Source of the DNA: a virus
IMG/VR virus record: IMGVR_UViG_3300025121_000045
Coordinates: 8,825-72,824 of that record
Direction: 5' to 3' (one strand)
DNA length: 64,000 nt
Positions 35,488 through 45,143 of this stretch are shown here, in pieces (positions within the stretch are counted from its first letter, which is position 1; each line of letters opens with the position of its first letter). The notes beneath the pieces were generated by a model. It searched no databases, was not told where the DNA came from, and saw only the letters and a list, made by a program, of their open reading frames with translations. The position numbers and the translations under genes were made by a program.

Positions 35488-37976
35488 CCCATAATGACGT
35501 TAAATTTGAAGACTACACTTATGAAGAAGCTTATGAATCTTGTCTAAAATATTTCGCGGGAGATGCCTTAGCGGCGTCTACTGTCGTGAAGAAATATCTC
35601 TTAAAGGACAAACAAGAGGTTTTCCATGAAAAAACCCCTCTAGACATGCATCACAGGTTAGCATCAGAATTTGCAAGAATTGAAGCCAAGTATCCGAACC
35701 CATTATCTAAGGATGAGATATTTGGCATGCTTGATGAATTTTCAGAATTAGTTCCACAGGGTAGCCCCATGAGTGGAATAGGTAATCCATTTCAGACACA
35801 GAGTCTTAGTAACTGCTTCTTCGTAGAAACAGGAGACTCTTATGGGTACATCTGTAATACAGATCAACAACTAGCTCAAATATACAAAAGAAGAGGAGGT
35901 GTGGGAACAGATATTAGTGATATACGCCCTAAATACCTTCCCACTAGCAATGCGGCTAGGACTACAGAAGGCATTGTTCCTTACATGGAACGTTTTTCAA
36001 ACACCACAAGAGAAGTAGGGCAGAACTCCAGACGGGGAGCTTTGATGATAAGTATAAGCTGTCATCATCCTCAAATTTTAGACTTTATTCGAGTAAAGAG
36101 AGATAAGACAAAGGTCACAGGGGCTAACATATCTGTTAGATGGTCGGATGAGTTTCTAACAGCTGTTGAAAGTGATGCAGACGTTGAGCTTAGATGGCCT
36201 GTTGATAGTAAGGACCCAACTTTTTCCAAATTTGTCAATGCTAAATCTATTTGGAATGAATTTATAGAATCAAATTGGGATTCTGCTGAACCAGGGTCTA
36301 TGTTTTGGGACAATATTATCAAATATAGTCCTACTACATCATATGCAAAATATGGCTTTCTATCTAAAGGGACGAACCCTTGTTCTGAAATACCCTTATG
36401 TCATCTAGACGCATGTCGTTTATTATTTGTCAATTTAACTAGTTGTGTCGTAAATGCTTTTACAGAACAGGCTTATTTTGACTGGAACAAATTTGCAAAA
36501 TTAGTGACTGCTGCACAGCGTTTGATGGATGATTTAGTAGATTTAGAAATAGAAGCTGTTGATAAAATTATTGCTAAAGTACAGTCTGACCCAGAACCAG
36601 AAGACATAAAATATACAGAGCTCAATCTTTGGAAGAAAACTAAAGAAAAAGGTATCCAAGGTAGGCGTACTGGACTTGGCGTAACCGCTTTGGGGGATGT
36701 TCTAGCCATGTTAGGGATAAGATATGGATCAGATGAATCTATATCTTTAACGGATCAATTATATAAAGAATTAGCTCTCAATGCATATAGATGTTCCATA
36801 ACTTTAGCTCAAGAAAGAGGACCTTTTCCTATATGGGAATGGGAATTAGAAAAAGACAATGCATTCTTAAATAGAATTTGGGAAGCCGATCCTATTTTAA
36901 GAGAATTAAATATAAAGCATGGAAGAAGAAATATTGCTTTATTGACTACCGCTCCAACTGGTACAGGATCTTTAGTTTCTAGAATATTGCCTGGATTGCA
37001 TGGTACTACTTCAGGTATAGAGCCAGCATACCTTTTAGAATACAAAAGACGTAGAAAAATTGACCCTAATGATACGCATGCAAGGGTTGACTTCAAAGAC
37101 GAACTTGGAGACAAATGGCAAGAGTATGTTGTATACCATCCTGGGTATACAGCTTGGATGAGTATAACAGGTAAAAATAATATCCAAGATTCTCCTTATT
37201 ACAAGTCTACCGCTAATGACATAGATTGGATGGCTTCTGTAATGTTGCAATCCGCAGCACAATATTGGGTAGATCATTCTATCTCTAAAACTTGTAATGT
37301 ACCAAAAGACATACCCAAAGAATTAATTTCAGAAATGTATTTGGCTGCATGGAAGGCTGGGTGTAAAGGGTTTACCATTTACAGAGATGGATGTAGAACT
37401 GGGGTGCTTGTAAAAAATGAAGATACTGTAGATTCTATTACATATAAGGATGCCCCGAAAAGACCTTCAGAACTTCCGTGTGTTATACATCATTGGAAAG
37501 TAAAAGGACAGAAATGGACCATTATTGTGGGGATGTTAAGTGGTAGACCTTATGAGGTATTTGCAGGTCCCGCAGACATAGTAGATATACCACCTACTAT
37601 AACAGATGGATTTTTAATAAAACATTCTCGTAAATCTATGAACTCCAAATATGACTTACGATACGGAGATGATGGGTCTACAGTCCTTAAGAATATAGCT
37701 TCATGGTTCGAGCATAATGACTATGGCACTTTGAGCCGCATGGTCTCTATGAGCTTACGGCATGGTGTTCCAATACAGTTCATTGTAGAGCAACTTCAGA
37801 AAGATCTTAATGACGATCTGTGGAGTTTTAACAATGTCCTCGCCAGGGTTTTGAAAACCTGGATTACAGATGGCACTAAGAGATCTAAAGCATGTACAGA
37901 GTGTGGACAGGATAATTTAATCTATGAAGAAGGCTGTCTTCGCTGTTCAAACTGTGGTCATTCGAAATGTGGATAA
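35484..37976 (+). CDS. nrdJ: class II (adenosylcobalamin) ribonucleotide reductase
   Basis: SLSNCF, RRGALM, TNPCSE, APTGT, SISKT, GCKGFTIYRDG, C-terminal TSCPD-like domain and Zn ribbon. Confidence 0.92.
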   Translation: MTHNDVKFEDYTYEEAYESCLKYFAGDALAASTVVKKYLLKDKQEVFHEKTPLDMHHRLASEFARIEAKYPNPLSKDEIFGMLDEFSELVPQGSPMSGIGNPFQTQSLSNCFFVETGDSYGYICNTDQQLAQIYKRRGGVGTDISDIRPKYLPTSNAARTTEGIVPYMERFSNTTREVGQNSRRGALMISISCHHPQILDFIRVKRDKTKVTGANISVRWSDEFLTAVESDADVELRWPVDSKDPTFSKFVNAKSIWNEFIESNWDSAEPGSMFWDNIIKYSPTTSYAKYGFLSKGTNPCSEIPLCHLDACRLLFVNLTSCVVNAFTEQAYFDWNKFAKLVTAAQRLMDDLVDLEIEAVDKIIAKVQSDPEPEDIKYTELNLWKKTKEKGIQGRRTGLGVTALGDVLAMLGIRYGSDESISLTDQLYKELALNAYRCSITLAQERGPFPIWEWELEKDNAFLNRIWEADPILRELNIKHGRRNIALLTTAPTGTGSLVSRILPGLHGTTSGIEPAYLLEYKRRRKIDPNDTHARVDFKDELGDKWQEYVVYHPGYTAWMSITGKNNIQDSPYYKSTANDIDWMASVMLQSAAQYWVDHSISKTCNVPKDIPKELISEMYLAAWKAGCKGFTIYRDGCRTGVLVKNEDTVDSITYKDAPKRPSELPCVIHHWKVKGQKWTIIVGMLSGRPYEVFAGPADIVDIPPTITDGFLIKHSRKSMNSKYDLRYGDDGSTVLKNIASWFEHNDYGTLSRMVSMSLRHGVPIQFIVEQLQKDLNDDLWSFNNVLARVLKTWITDGTKRSKACTECGQDNLIYEEGCLRCSNCGHSKCG

Positions 37977-38006
37977 ATTCTATAACAAAATCAAAGAGAT
38001 ACACAC

Positions 38007-39035
38007 ATGAGTAAAAAAGATTATTATGAGATATTGGGCGTAGACAGATCTTCAACTCAAGAGGATTTGAAGAAAGCCTATCGAAAACTGGCGTTACAAT
38101 ATCATCCTGACAGGAATCCTGACAACCAAGATGCGGAAGCTAAGTTCAAAGAAATATCTAATGCTTATGGTGTATTGTCTGATGAAGGCAAACGTGACGC
38201 ATATAATAGGTTTGGTCCAGATTTAAAACCAGCCTATAATCCAATAGAGGAGGCATTCGCGGGTTTTGGAGATATATTTGGAAGAATGTCTTCATTCAAA
38301 ATGAAGTCTCGTGAAATGTCAGGCGAAGATATATCTTCTTCTATCTTTATCACATTAGAGGACATATTTAAGGGATGTCAAAAAGAGATAAAGATAAAAC
38401 AGCACCTACAATGTAAGACTTGCAAGAATACGGGTATAAAAGACGGAACGACACTAAAGCCTTGTTCTTTTTGCAAAGGCAATGGCTTTATGGCTCAAAG
38501 ACTAGGGGCTATAAATATCCAACAAACATGCACGATGTGTAAAGGGGTTGGGACTACATATGAAAGGTGTGAATCTTGTAATGGGACCGGTTTAGAAACT
38601 CCTGCTATTACAAAGACCTTAAAAATAACCATACCTAAAGGCATCCAAGATGGTAATACCTTGAGATTAACCGGAGAAGGGGATCAGGGTAGATGTGGTG
38701 GACCACCTGGGGACTTATACATAAAAATAAGGGTTAAAGAACACCTACACTTTAAGATAGAGGGTCAAGATTTATATTATCGACTATCTGTAAAACTGTC
38801 AGACATATTACTAGGTACGGACAAAGAGATACCTTTATTGGATGGGCCTATAAAGCTGACTTTACCCAAGGGTACTAATTTAGACCATACCTTTGTTCTC
38901 AAAGAGAAAGGGTTACCATCTTTTAGATCTGATGAAAAAGGGTCATTAATAGTACAGTTGCATCTTAATGTTCCGTCTGTGTTAACTCACGAACAAGAAG
39001 AACTAATAAGATCCTTAGCGAAAGTTGGTTTATGA
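38007..39035 (+). CDS. dnaJ: DnaJ chaperone
   Basis: [11 protein letters not shown] motif, four CxxCxGxG-type repeats, GDLYI. Confidence 0.95.
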   Translation: MSKKDYYEILGVDRSSTQEDLKKAYRKLALQYHPDRNPDNQDAEAKFKEISNAYGVLSDEGKRDAYNRFGPDLKPAYNPIEEAFAGFGDIFGRMSSFKMKSREMSGEDISSSIFITLEDIFKGCQKEIKIKQHLQCKTCKNTGIKDGTTLKPCSFCKGNGFMAQRLGAINIQQTCTMCKGVGTTYERCESCNGTGLETPAITKTLKITIPKGIQDGNTLRLTGEGDQGRCGGPPGDLYIKIRVKEHLHFKIEGQDLYYRLSVKLSDILLGTDKEIPLLDGPIKLTLPKGTNLDHTFVLKEKGLPSFRSDEKGSLIVQLHLNVPSVLTHEQEELIRSLAKVGL

Positions 39036-39853
39036 GTATAGAAAGACCTGTATTAGCTTATCCCGGGGGTAAGTGGAGGATAGCTCCCTGGATCCTACAA
39101 CATGCACCTTCACATACATATTATGTTGAGCCTTTCGGAGGAGGTGGTAGTGTTCTCTTATCTAAATCCAGAAGTAGATATGAGATTTACAATGACATCA
39201 ACAAAGAAGTCGTATGTCTGTTTCGCGTGTTGAGAGACAACCCGGATGAATTCATCCGGAAAGTAGAACTTACTCCGTACTCTAGAGTAGAATATGAGAT
39301 AGCTTTTGAAGATACCCTTGAAGATATAGAAATAGCTAGAAGACTTTTATATAGGGTCTCTGCTTCTTTTGGAACAGAAGGAGTCCTTAAAAATAAAGGC
39401 ACATGGTTATATTCGAAATATAGAGAACACGCTTTAACTTGGAGCTATTTGGCTGATCATCTCTTGTCTTATACGGAAAGATTGAAAGGTGTGTACATAG
39501 AATGCAAAGACGGTTTAGAAGTTATCCAACAGTGGGACGATAAAGACACCTGGCATTATGTGGATCCTCCCTATGTATTAGACTCTAGAGTCGAGTCACA
39601 AGTTTACTCAAATGAAATGACAGATGATAATCATAAAAAATTATCAGATGTTCTTCATCAAGCCAAGGGTAAGATAAGTCTCTCCGGGTATAATACCCCT
39701 TTATATGAAGACCTATATAAAGGGTGGCATAAGATCGAAAAAGAAGTACAAGTCTGGGGTCATAAGAGTGATGGAACTAGAGCAAAACGTATAGAGTGTT
39801 TGTGGATGAATTATACCCCAGAAACAGAAGACCTTCCATTCTTCAATTTATAG
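39032..39853 (+). CDS. dam: Dam-family DNA adenine methyltransferase
   Basis: [22 protein letters not shown]. Confidence 0.9.
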   Translation: MSIERPVLAYPGGKWRIAPWILQHAPSHTYYVEPFGGGGSVLLSKSRSRYEIYNDINKEVVCLFRVLRDNPDEFIRKVELTPYSRVEYEIAFEDTLEDIEIARRLLYRVSASFGTEGVLKNKGTWLYSKYREHALTWSYLADHLLSYTERLKGVYIECKDGLEVIQQWDDKDTWHYVDPPYVLDSRVESQVYSNEMTDDNHKKLSDVLHQAKGKISLSGYNTPLYEDLYKGWHKIEKEVQVWGHKSDGTRAKRIECLWMNYTPETEDLPFFNL

Positions 39854-40120
39854 TGTTGAAAATCTGGCCTGATAAACGGCTCTAGACAATTCTTTGAATT
39901 TCTTTGACTTTAATTTCTTAACCATACCTTCAAGGGAACCCTGACCTTCGAGTTGCAAAGTTAGCCATCTACGAGAGGTACGGTCTGTAAAATTTTTATC
40001 AAAAATACCCCAGTCCTTGGGATTGAAAAAGTCCATCACTTCATCAAAACAGTCTTTAGGGAGAATTATTACTTTAGACCCAACGTTAACAAAAAACTCT
40101 TTTTCCATGAAGGTCTCCAA
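39848..40120 (-). CDS. hypothetical protein
   Basis: minus-strand ORF; GGAG RBS favours the internal ATG. Confidence 0.55.
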   Translation of the reverse strand: METFMEKEFFVNVGSKVIILPKDCFDEVMDFFNPKDWGIFDKNFTDRTSRRWLTLQLEGQGSLEGMVKKLKSKKFKELSRAVYQARFSTL

Positions 40121-40183
40121 TTGTGACGGTATAATATAGGTTATCTAACTAACGACTTAAGGTTAAAATAAATCAGAGGAAAT

Positions 40184-40756
40184 ATGGACCTACAAGAATA
40201 TTCTAAACTGGCATCCCTAACGGCTCTTTATCCTAATAGAGGGTCTAACCTATCTTATGCGGTTCTAGGCTTAGCTGGGGAGTCTGGAGAGGTGGCGGGT
40301 AAAATAGCTAATTATCTTAGTACAAATACCACCTTTACAGATGACCAAAAACAAAACATTAAAAAAGAGCTTGGGGATGTATTATGGTATATAAACGCCT
40401 CTTTTCATGAAGCGGGGTTAGATTTTATCTATACATCTTTAGATGATGTTTTAAATACTATGGAGGATGTAGAAATAATAAAAGACAGTGATATATGGGT
40501 CCCTTTTTTAAAACTAACTGAAGCATCTGGAAAAGTTTCAGAAAGAACAAAAAAGTTGATGAGGGATCATGGAGGGATAATTACAGAATCCTATAGAGAA
40601 CTTATTAGATATGATTTACTAAAGGTACTTAGAATATTAGGGTTATGTGGCTCTATTATAGGGTACTCGTTAGAAGATATAGCATTTACTAATATACATA
40701 AATTGTTTGATAGAGGATTGAGGAATAAGATAAAAGGGGACGGGGACAATAGATGA
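40184..40756 (+). CDS. MazG-like NTP pyrophosphatase (tandem domain)
   Basis: LGLAGESGEV..KKELGDVLWY, followed by a second degenerate copy and NIHKL.DR..R..IKG.GDNR. Confidence 0.85.
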   Translation: MDLQEYSKLASLTALYPNRGSNLSYAVLGLAGESGEVAGKIANYLSTNTTFTDDQKQNIKKELGDVLWYINASFHEAGLDFIYTSLDDVLNTMEDVEIIKDSDIWVPFLKLTEASGKVSERTKKLMRDHGGIITESYRELIRYDLLKVLRILGLCGSIIGYSLEDIAFTNIHKLFDRGLRNKIKGDGDNR

Positions 40757-41022
40757 TATCTGTCTTGGCGTCTAAGACAGATAATGATGTGGTCATATAT
40801 TCTGTGTTAGTACCAGAGATGAATAAGACCTATAATTTTGAAGTACGGGATCCTAAGCTAATACCCAATGCCTATCTAATATCTTGTTGTGATTTTGACA
40901 GAGAGTGTATTTTTGATAATAAGAATGGTGATTGGGATTACTGGCACTCTGTCTACAAGGCGGTTGGGAAACATCATAGATCTGTTATTCAATCCCCCAA
41001 AATCGATACGCATTCGCAATAG
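40753..41022 (+). CDS. hypothetical protein
   Basis: ATGA coupling. Confidence 0.5.
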   Translation: MISVLASKTDNDVVIYSVLVPEMNKTYNFEVRDPKLIPNAYLISCCDFDRECIFDNKNGDWDYWHSVYKAVGKHHRSVIQSPKIDTHSQ

Positions 41023-41332
41023 CTTGACGCATTTTCGGGTTGGCGACACTGTTATCGCTGTGTGCAAAGATCTGAAGGGGTTTGAGAAGTCCTGGCGATG
41101 AGTTGTAACGTGTCTGAAAAGCCTGCTCTTCAATCCAACAGGCTACCTCATATCCTTCTCTTTGTCCATCTCCAAGGTCGTTATCCAAAGAAATACTTTC
41201 TACCCCACCAGCCTCGAGGAGTAAAATAGCTTCTTCAACGGTCTTCACCCACACTTCGTCTCCGCAAGCCCCATAGTGGATCTGGTAATATTCTTCTGTA
41301 GGGTTTCTAATGTCGTCGAGCCAAATTTTCAT
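40985..41332 (-). CDS. cyclic-phosphate-processing receiver-like domain protein
   Basis: MKIWLDDIR, ISLDNDLG, GYEVACWIE, HSDN. Confidence 0.75.
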   Translation of the reverse strand: MKIWLDDIRNPTEEYYQIHYGACGDEVWVKTVEEAILLLEAGGVESISLDNDLGDGQREGYEVACWIEEQAFQTRYNSSPGLLKPLQIFAHSDNSVANPKMRQAIANAYRFWGIE

Positions 41333-41401
41333 AAAGGTCTTCCCTATTTTATAGTTTAAAGATAAACGTAACACACATAATTATTTTCAGAGAGGATTTG
41401 T

Positions 41402-41845
41402 ATGTCGGGTTTACTAAAAGAAATACAACAAGAATTGGATCTGCTAGCTATGGAAGACCAGGCCAAACGACTTAATGAAGAGATTAATTATACTGAAACA
41501 CAATCTTGGATAATAAAACGTTCAGAAGAAGAGTTTGTTTTGTTGATGCCCATTATAAAGGACGGAATCAAAAAACTGATTCTTACTAAAGAGTGGACAA
41601 TAACCCTTGTTGGAGGGTGGCATTTATACAAACACGAGTATAAGTACAATGTATTAACCTTTAGTATTAGTCCACCTCATTATTCTGATTTACAATTAGC
41701 TATGTTGAGTTTGATAAAAACAGAGTTACAGAAAGACGGAATGACTGTTGAGTTTAAAAGTGAATTGTGCGAAGGAGCCAATGAAGGGGAAGACGTCTCT
41801 TGGCGTGCCAAGTTAAATGTTAAATTAGATTTAGGGAATGTTTGA
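41402..41845 (+). CDS. hypothetical protein
   Basis: GAGGA RBS. Confidence 0.6.
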   Translation: MSGLLKEIQQELDLLAMEDQAKRLNEEINYTETQSWIIKRSEEEFVLLMPIIKDGIKKLILTKEWTITLVGGWHLYKHEYKYNVLTFSISPPHYSDLQLAMLSLIKTELQKDGMTVEFKSELCEGANEGEDVSWRAKLNVKLDLGNV

Positions 41846-42321
41846 TGTATTTGATAAAAGATCCATATTATTTAAGCAGACAAGTCCTTTTTGATGTGAA
41901 AGAACATCAAGTCCCAGGGCTTATACAAAATATCAAAGCCATGATCACGCTATGTCGAAATAATGGTTTAGAAAACATGAGTGCTCCAGAAGCAGGTCTA
42001 CCTTATAAATTTTTTATTGCCAAAAATCCTGACCCAAGAGATCCAGATTTTGAAGTAGTTTTCTCACCAAAAATAATGGCTACATCTGAAGAAGAATCCG
42101 AGATAGAAGAACTATTTGTATCTGGAAACAGAGGTGTTGTAGTCAGGTATAATGTAATAGAAATGGAATGGTTTCATCACAATGGTAGAAAATTTGAAAA
42201 GAAATCTGGAGTGTTTGAAGGAGAGCTAGCCTTCATAGCTCAAAAGCATTGTGAGAGATTAGACCGTATGTATAGAATACCGAACGACATAATAACTTCG
42301 AATTCAACCCAAACAAATTGA
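41842..42321 (+). CDS. peptide-deformylase-like protein, catalytic motifs lost
   Basis: DPYYL, MSAPEAG (motif 1), EELFVS (motif 2), V.RY..I, G..A...QKHCERL (motif 3). Confidence 0.65.
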   Translation: MMYLIKDPYYLSRQVLFDVKEHQVPGLIQNIKAMITLCRNNGLENMSAPEAGLPYKFFIAKNPDPRDPDFEVVFSPKIMATSEEESEIEELFVSGNRGVVVRYNVIEMEWFHHNGRKFEKKSGVFEGELAFIAQKHCERLDRMYRIPNDIITSNSTQTN

Positions 42322-42330
42322 GATTGTGTA

Positions 42331-42594
42331 ATGATTACATCCCTTGGCCCACTTGTAGAGGGTAAGCTCATACTCATATCTAGTGATAGATGGGCTATTG
42401 TTCAAGATAAAGGACCGCATATATTTGTAGATGATCTTCTGAAGAAGATGCAGGGGAAGAACGTTAGACTGATACTAACGGATCTTGACGTATTAGAAGG
42501 TCTCGTAAATATAGGATTGAAGCAAGGTCAAGAAACGCAGTTTATAGAAAACATGAGTTCAGAACAAATAACTCAATTGGTGAAAAATGTCTGA
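42331..42594 (+). CDS. hypothetical protein
   Basis: 87-aa ORF. Confidence 0.5.
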   Translation: MITSLGPLVEGKLILISSDRWAIVQDKGPHIFVDDLLKKMQGKNVRLILTDLDVLEGLVNIGLKQGQETQFIENMSSEQITQLVKNV

Positions 42595-43234
42595 AGAATA
42601 CACTGAACTATTTAATGATCCCTCCATAGATGTGAATAACCGTACCGACGAGTTAGTACATCTTATCAAATACCACAGAAATCTATATTATAATGACACA
42701 TCGGTTATTTCGGATGAGGAGTTTGATGCATATGTAGATGAGCTTCGAGAGCTAGACCCATCCCACAAAGTCTTGTTCGAAGTAGGGTCTAACACTCCTG
42801 ATGATAGTCCATGGAAGACTGGACGTCACGGGATCGCTATGACTTCTTTGGATAAGGTAAACTCCAAAGAAGAGATTAGAGATTGGGTTCGTAAGAGAAA
42901 CGTTAAGTGGCTGTGTCCACAAGAGAAGTTGGATGGATTTTCTTGCTTTGATGGAGATACTAAAATTTGGTTGGCAAACGGGGAGACTGTACCAATTAGA
43001 GATTTAGTAGAAGAAAACACACCTACTCAAATATTGTCTTGGAATCAAGATAAAGGCATCCATATATCTGAAGCAATACATTTTATAGATAATGGTTTGA
43101 AAGATAATTGGATTAAATTGACTTTTGAGGATGGGTCTACCGTATCTGTAACAGAGGAACATCTATTTTTTGTTGAAGGTGAAGGTTGGATAGAGGCAAA
43201 ACATTTGCTAAACAAAGATATAAAACAATTTTAA
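42587..43234 (+). CDS. ligA: NAD-dependent DNA ligase part 1 (domain Ia + motif I) fused to a split intein N-fragment
   Basis: YYNDT..ISDEEFD, H..MTSLDK, EKLDGFS, then CFDGDTKIWLANG..VTEEHLFF. Confidence 0.92.
   Translation: MSEEYTELFNDPSIDVNNRTDELVHLIKYHRNLYYNDTSVISDEEFDAYVDELRELDPSHKVLFEVGSNTPDDSPWKTGRHGIAMTSLDKVNSKEEIRDWVRKRNVKWLCPQEKLDGFSCFDGDTKIWLANGETVPIRDLVEENTPTQILSWNQDKGIHISEAIHFIDNGLKDNWIKLTFEDGSTVSVTEEHLFFVEGEGWIEAKHLLNKDIKQF
42944..43231 (+). mobile_element. split intein N-fragment (96 aa)
   Basis: block A CFDGDTKI, block B TEEH; the ORF ends with no C-terminal splice junction. Confidence 0.9.
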
Positions 43235-43246
43235 TAGTCAATTTAT

Positions 43247-43290
43247 ATATACCTCCCATCGACAGTTTTAATTAACTATGGAGGGTGTAT
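43247..43290 (+). promoter_or_regulatory. RBS-sequestering hairpin of the endonuclease gene
   Basis: ATATACCTCCCAT/ATGGAGGGTGTAT (12 of 13 pairs including G-U) covering GGAGG and the ATG. Confidence 0.65.
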
Positions 43291-44233
43291 GTTAGGAGGA
43301 GACCTATGGGTAATCGATCATTTATCACAAATAAAGGGACAAGGACATACTAAAGAAGGAATGGTTTTTGTTAAAAGAGTGAAGCAAGAAAATGGAAAGA
43401 TAGCTATAATATGTGATGTATGTGGTTTAGAAGAGTTAGTGGTAGGAGACATTCCACATATTAGATTAATGTTTGGGAGGGCAAACAATTCAATACAAAA
43501 ATGGGGACATCACAAATGTCTTAAGTGTGCAAATTTAGCTCGAGATAAATCTAGATTAATAACAATGTCTAAACCAGAATGGAAACAACAACAAAAGTTA
43601 AAACCTTCTTGGCAATCTAGAGCGGATGAAAATTTAGTAAAAAAATGGAAAGAAAACATAGGCAGTGCTAACAAAAATACTTGGGGTAAAAGAACTAAAG
43701 AAGAAAAATTTTTGCATGCAAGAAAATATTGGGACTCCTTAACAGAAGAACAAAAAGAAAGAAGAGCTAAAAAGATTGGTGTTTGGGCTAAAAGTTTTTG
43801 GGAGAATTTAACACCTCAAGAACGAATATTACATGTGGAAAAATGCGTTAAAGGTTTGCCTAGATCCAAAGCTTCTGAAGTTTTTAAACAGTCTTTAGTA
43901 AAACATGACCTCTATGACGGGTTTCAAAGTGAGATTGGAATTGCAGGCTATATTGTAGATGAGGCTAATGTTGACAAAAAATTAGTAGTAGAATTTTTTG
44001 GTGATTTTTATCATTGCAATCCAAGAATATATTCTTCAGACTTTTTTAATCGAACTTTACAAATGACCTCTTCTGAAAAATGGGAGTATGATAGAAGGCG
44101 TTTAGGTGCTATTAGAGCCTGTGGTTATGATATTTTGATTATTTGGGAAAACGAATGGACTGTTTCCCCTGAAAAATCTTTAAATAAAATGAGGAAATTT
44201 ATAAATGAAAGTCGTGAAAGTGGAAAAAGTTGA
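43289..44233 (+). CDS. free-standing homing endonuclease, Vsr/DUF559-like PD-(D/E)XK
   Basis: YIVDE..LVVEFFGDFYH..D..R..GYDILIIWE; basic W-containing DNA-binding repeats. Confidence 0.8.
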   Translation: MLGGDLWVIDHLSQIKGQGHTKEGMVFVKRVKQENGKIAIICDVCGLEELVVGDIPHIRLMFGRANNSIQKWGHHKCLKCANLARDKSRLITMSKPEWKQQQKLKPSWQSRADENLVKKWKENIGSANKNTWGKRTKEEKFLHARKYWDSLTEEQKERRAKKIGVWAKSFWENLTPQERILHVEKCVKGLPRSKASEVFKQSLVKHDLYDGFQSEIGIAGYIVDEANVDKKLVVEFFGDFYHCNPRIYSSDFFNRTLQMTSSEKWEYDRRRLGAIRACGYDILIIWENEWTVSPEKSLNKMRKFINESRESGKS

Positions 44234-44312
44234 AGGGACCAGAAAAGCATATGATCTCACTATTAAAAATACTCATTGTTATTTTGTAGGTCCTGGAGTA
44301 TTAGCGCATAAT
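44205..44312 (+). mobile_element. split intein C-fragment (36 aa)
   Basis: block F YDLTI, block G HN followed by Cys+1. Confidence 0.9.
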
Positions 44313-45143
44313 TGTTCTTTTACGTATGTAGACGGAGTGTTACAGCGTGTACTTACTCGAGGCGGTGGAGAAGAAGGGGAAGACATCACACGTAATGCTC
44401 TAAAAATGAGAGGTGTAAAGCGGGTTTTGTCTACTCGCTTTACCGGGGATCTTCGGGGCGAGGCAATGTTTGTTGCTCCGGAATTTGCCGCATACAATGC
44501 AAAAGCGGCATCCACTAAGAATTGGACTGTTTTCAAAAATATGAGGAACGGGGCTTCTGGACTTGCCAGAAGACATAGCGGAGATGGTGTTGAGTTCTTA
44601 CGAGTTTTCTTTTATGAATTGAAGAGTGATGTGTTAGACTTTGACTCTCATTTTGAGAAAATGTCCTACTTACGAAAAATTCTTGGACTTTGGACTCCGT
44701 GGTATGCTCGTGTTGATCTAAAAGGTCTTGAAGAGATTTATGATAAATACGAATCAGAGATTCGAGAAAATCTAATTTATGAGATAGATGGACTGGTTAT
44801 CAAAGTAGACTCAGCTTCAGAATGTGAAGACATCGAATCAACTATGCAAACCAGTTCTAGAACTACTGCAAATCCCAAATCTCAAGTAGCTTGGAAGTTC
44901 ATGGCGGAGACCAGAGTTACTACCTTGCTTGATGTCGAATGGGAATTTGGACTGGGGGGGAGAATAACTCCTGTAGCTATTTTAAGTCCTGTTATGATCG
45001 GAGGCGTAGAAGTTAGGAGAGCTTCTTTATCTACATTTTCTCGTGTAGCAACACTTAAATTATGGAAAGGGTGTAAAGTATTAATTTCAAGAAGAAATGA
45101 TGTGATTCCATATTTGGAGAAAAATCTTGAAATTAATATGTGA
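44205..45143 (+). CDS. ligA: split intein C-fragment + NAD-dependent DNA ligase part 2 (adenylation + OB domains)
   Basis: MKVVKVEKV..YDLTI..VLAHN|CSF; TRG.G.EGEDIT, RGE, RNGASG, EIDGLVIK, AWKF, GRITPVA, RRNDVIP. Confidence 0.92.
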   Translation: MKVVKVEKVEGTRKAYDLTIKNTHCYFVGPGVLAHNCSFTYVDGVLQRVLTRGGGEEGEDITRNALKMRGVKRVLSTRFTGDLRGEAMFVAPEFAAYNAKAASTKNWTVFKNMRNGASGLARRHSGDGVEFLRVFFYELKSDVLDFDSHFEKMSYLRKILGLWTPWYARVDLKGLEEIYDKYESEIRENLIYEIDGLVIKVDSASECEDIESTMQTSSRTTANPKSQVAWKFMAETRVTTLLDVEWEFGLGGRITPVAILSPVMIGGVEVRRASLSTFSRVATLKLWKGCKVLISRRNDVIPYLEKNLEINM

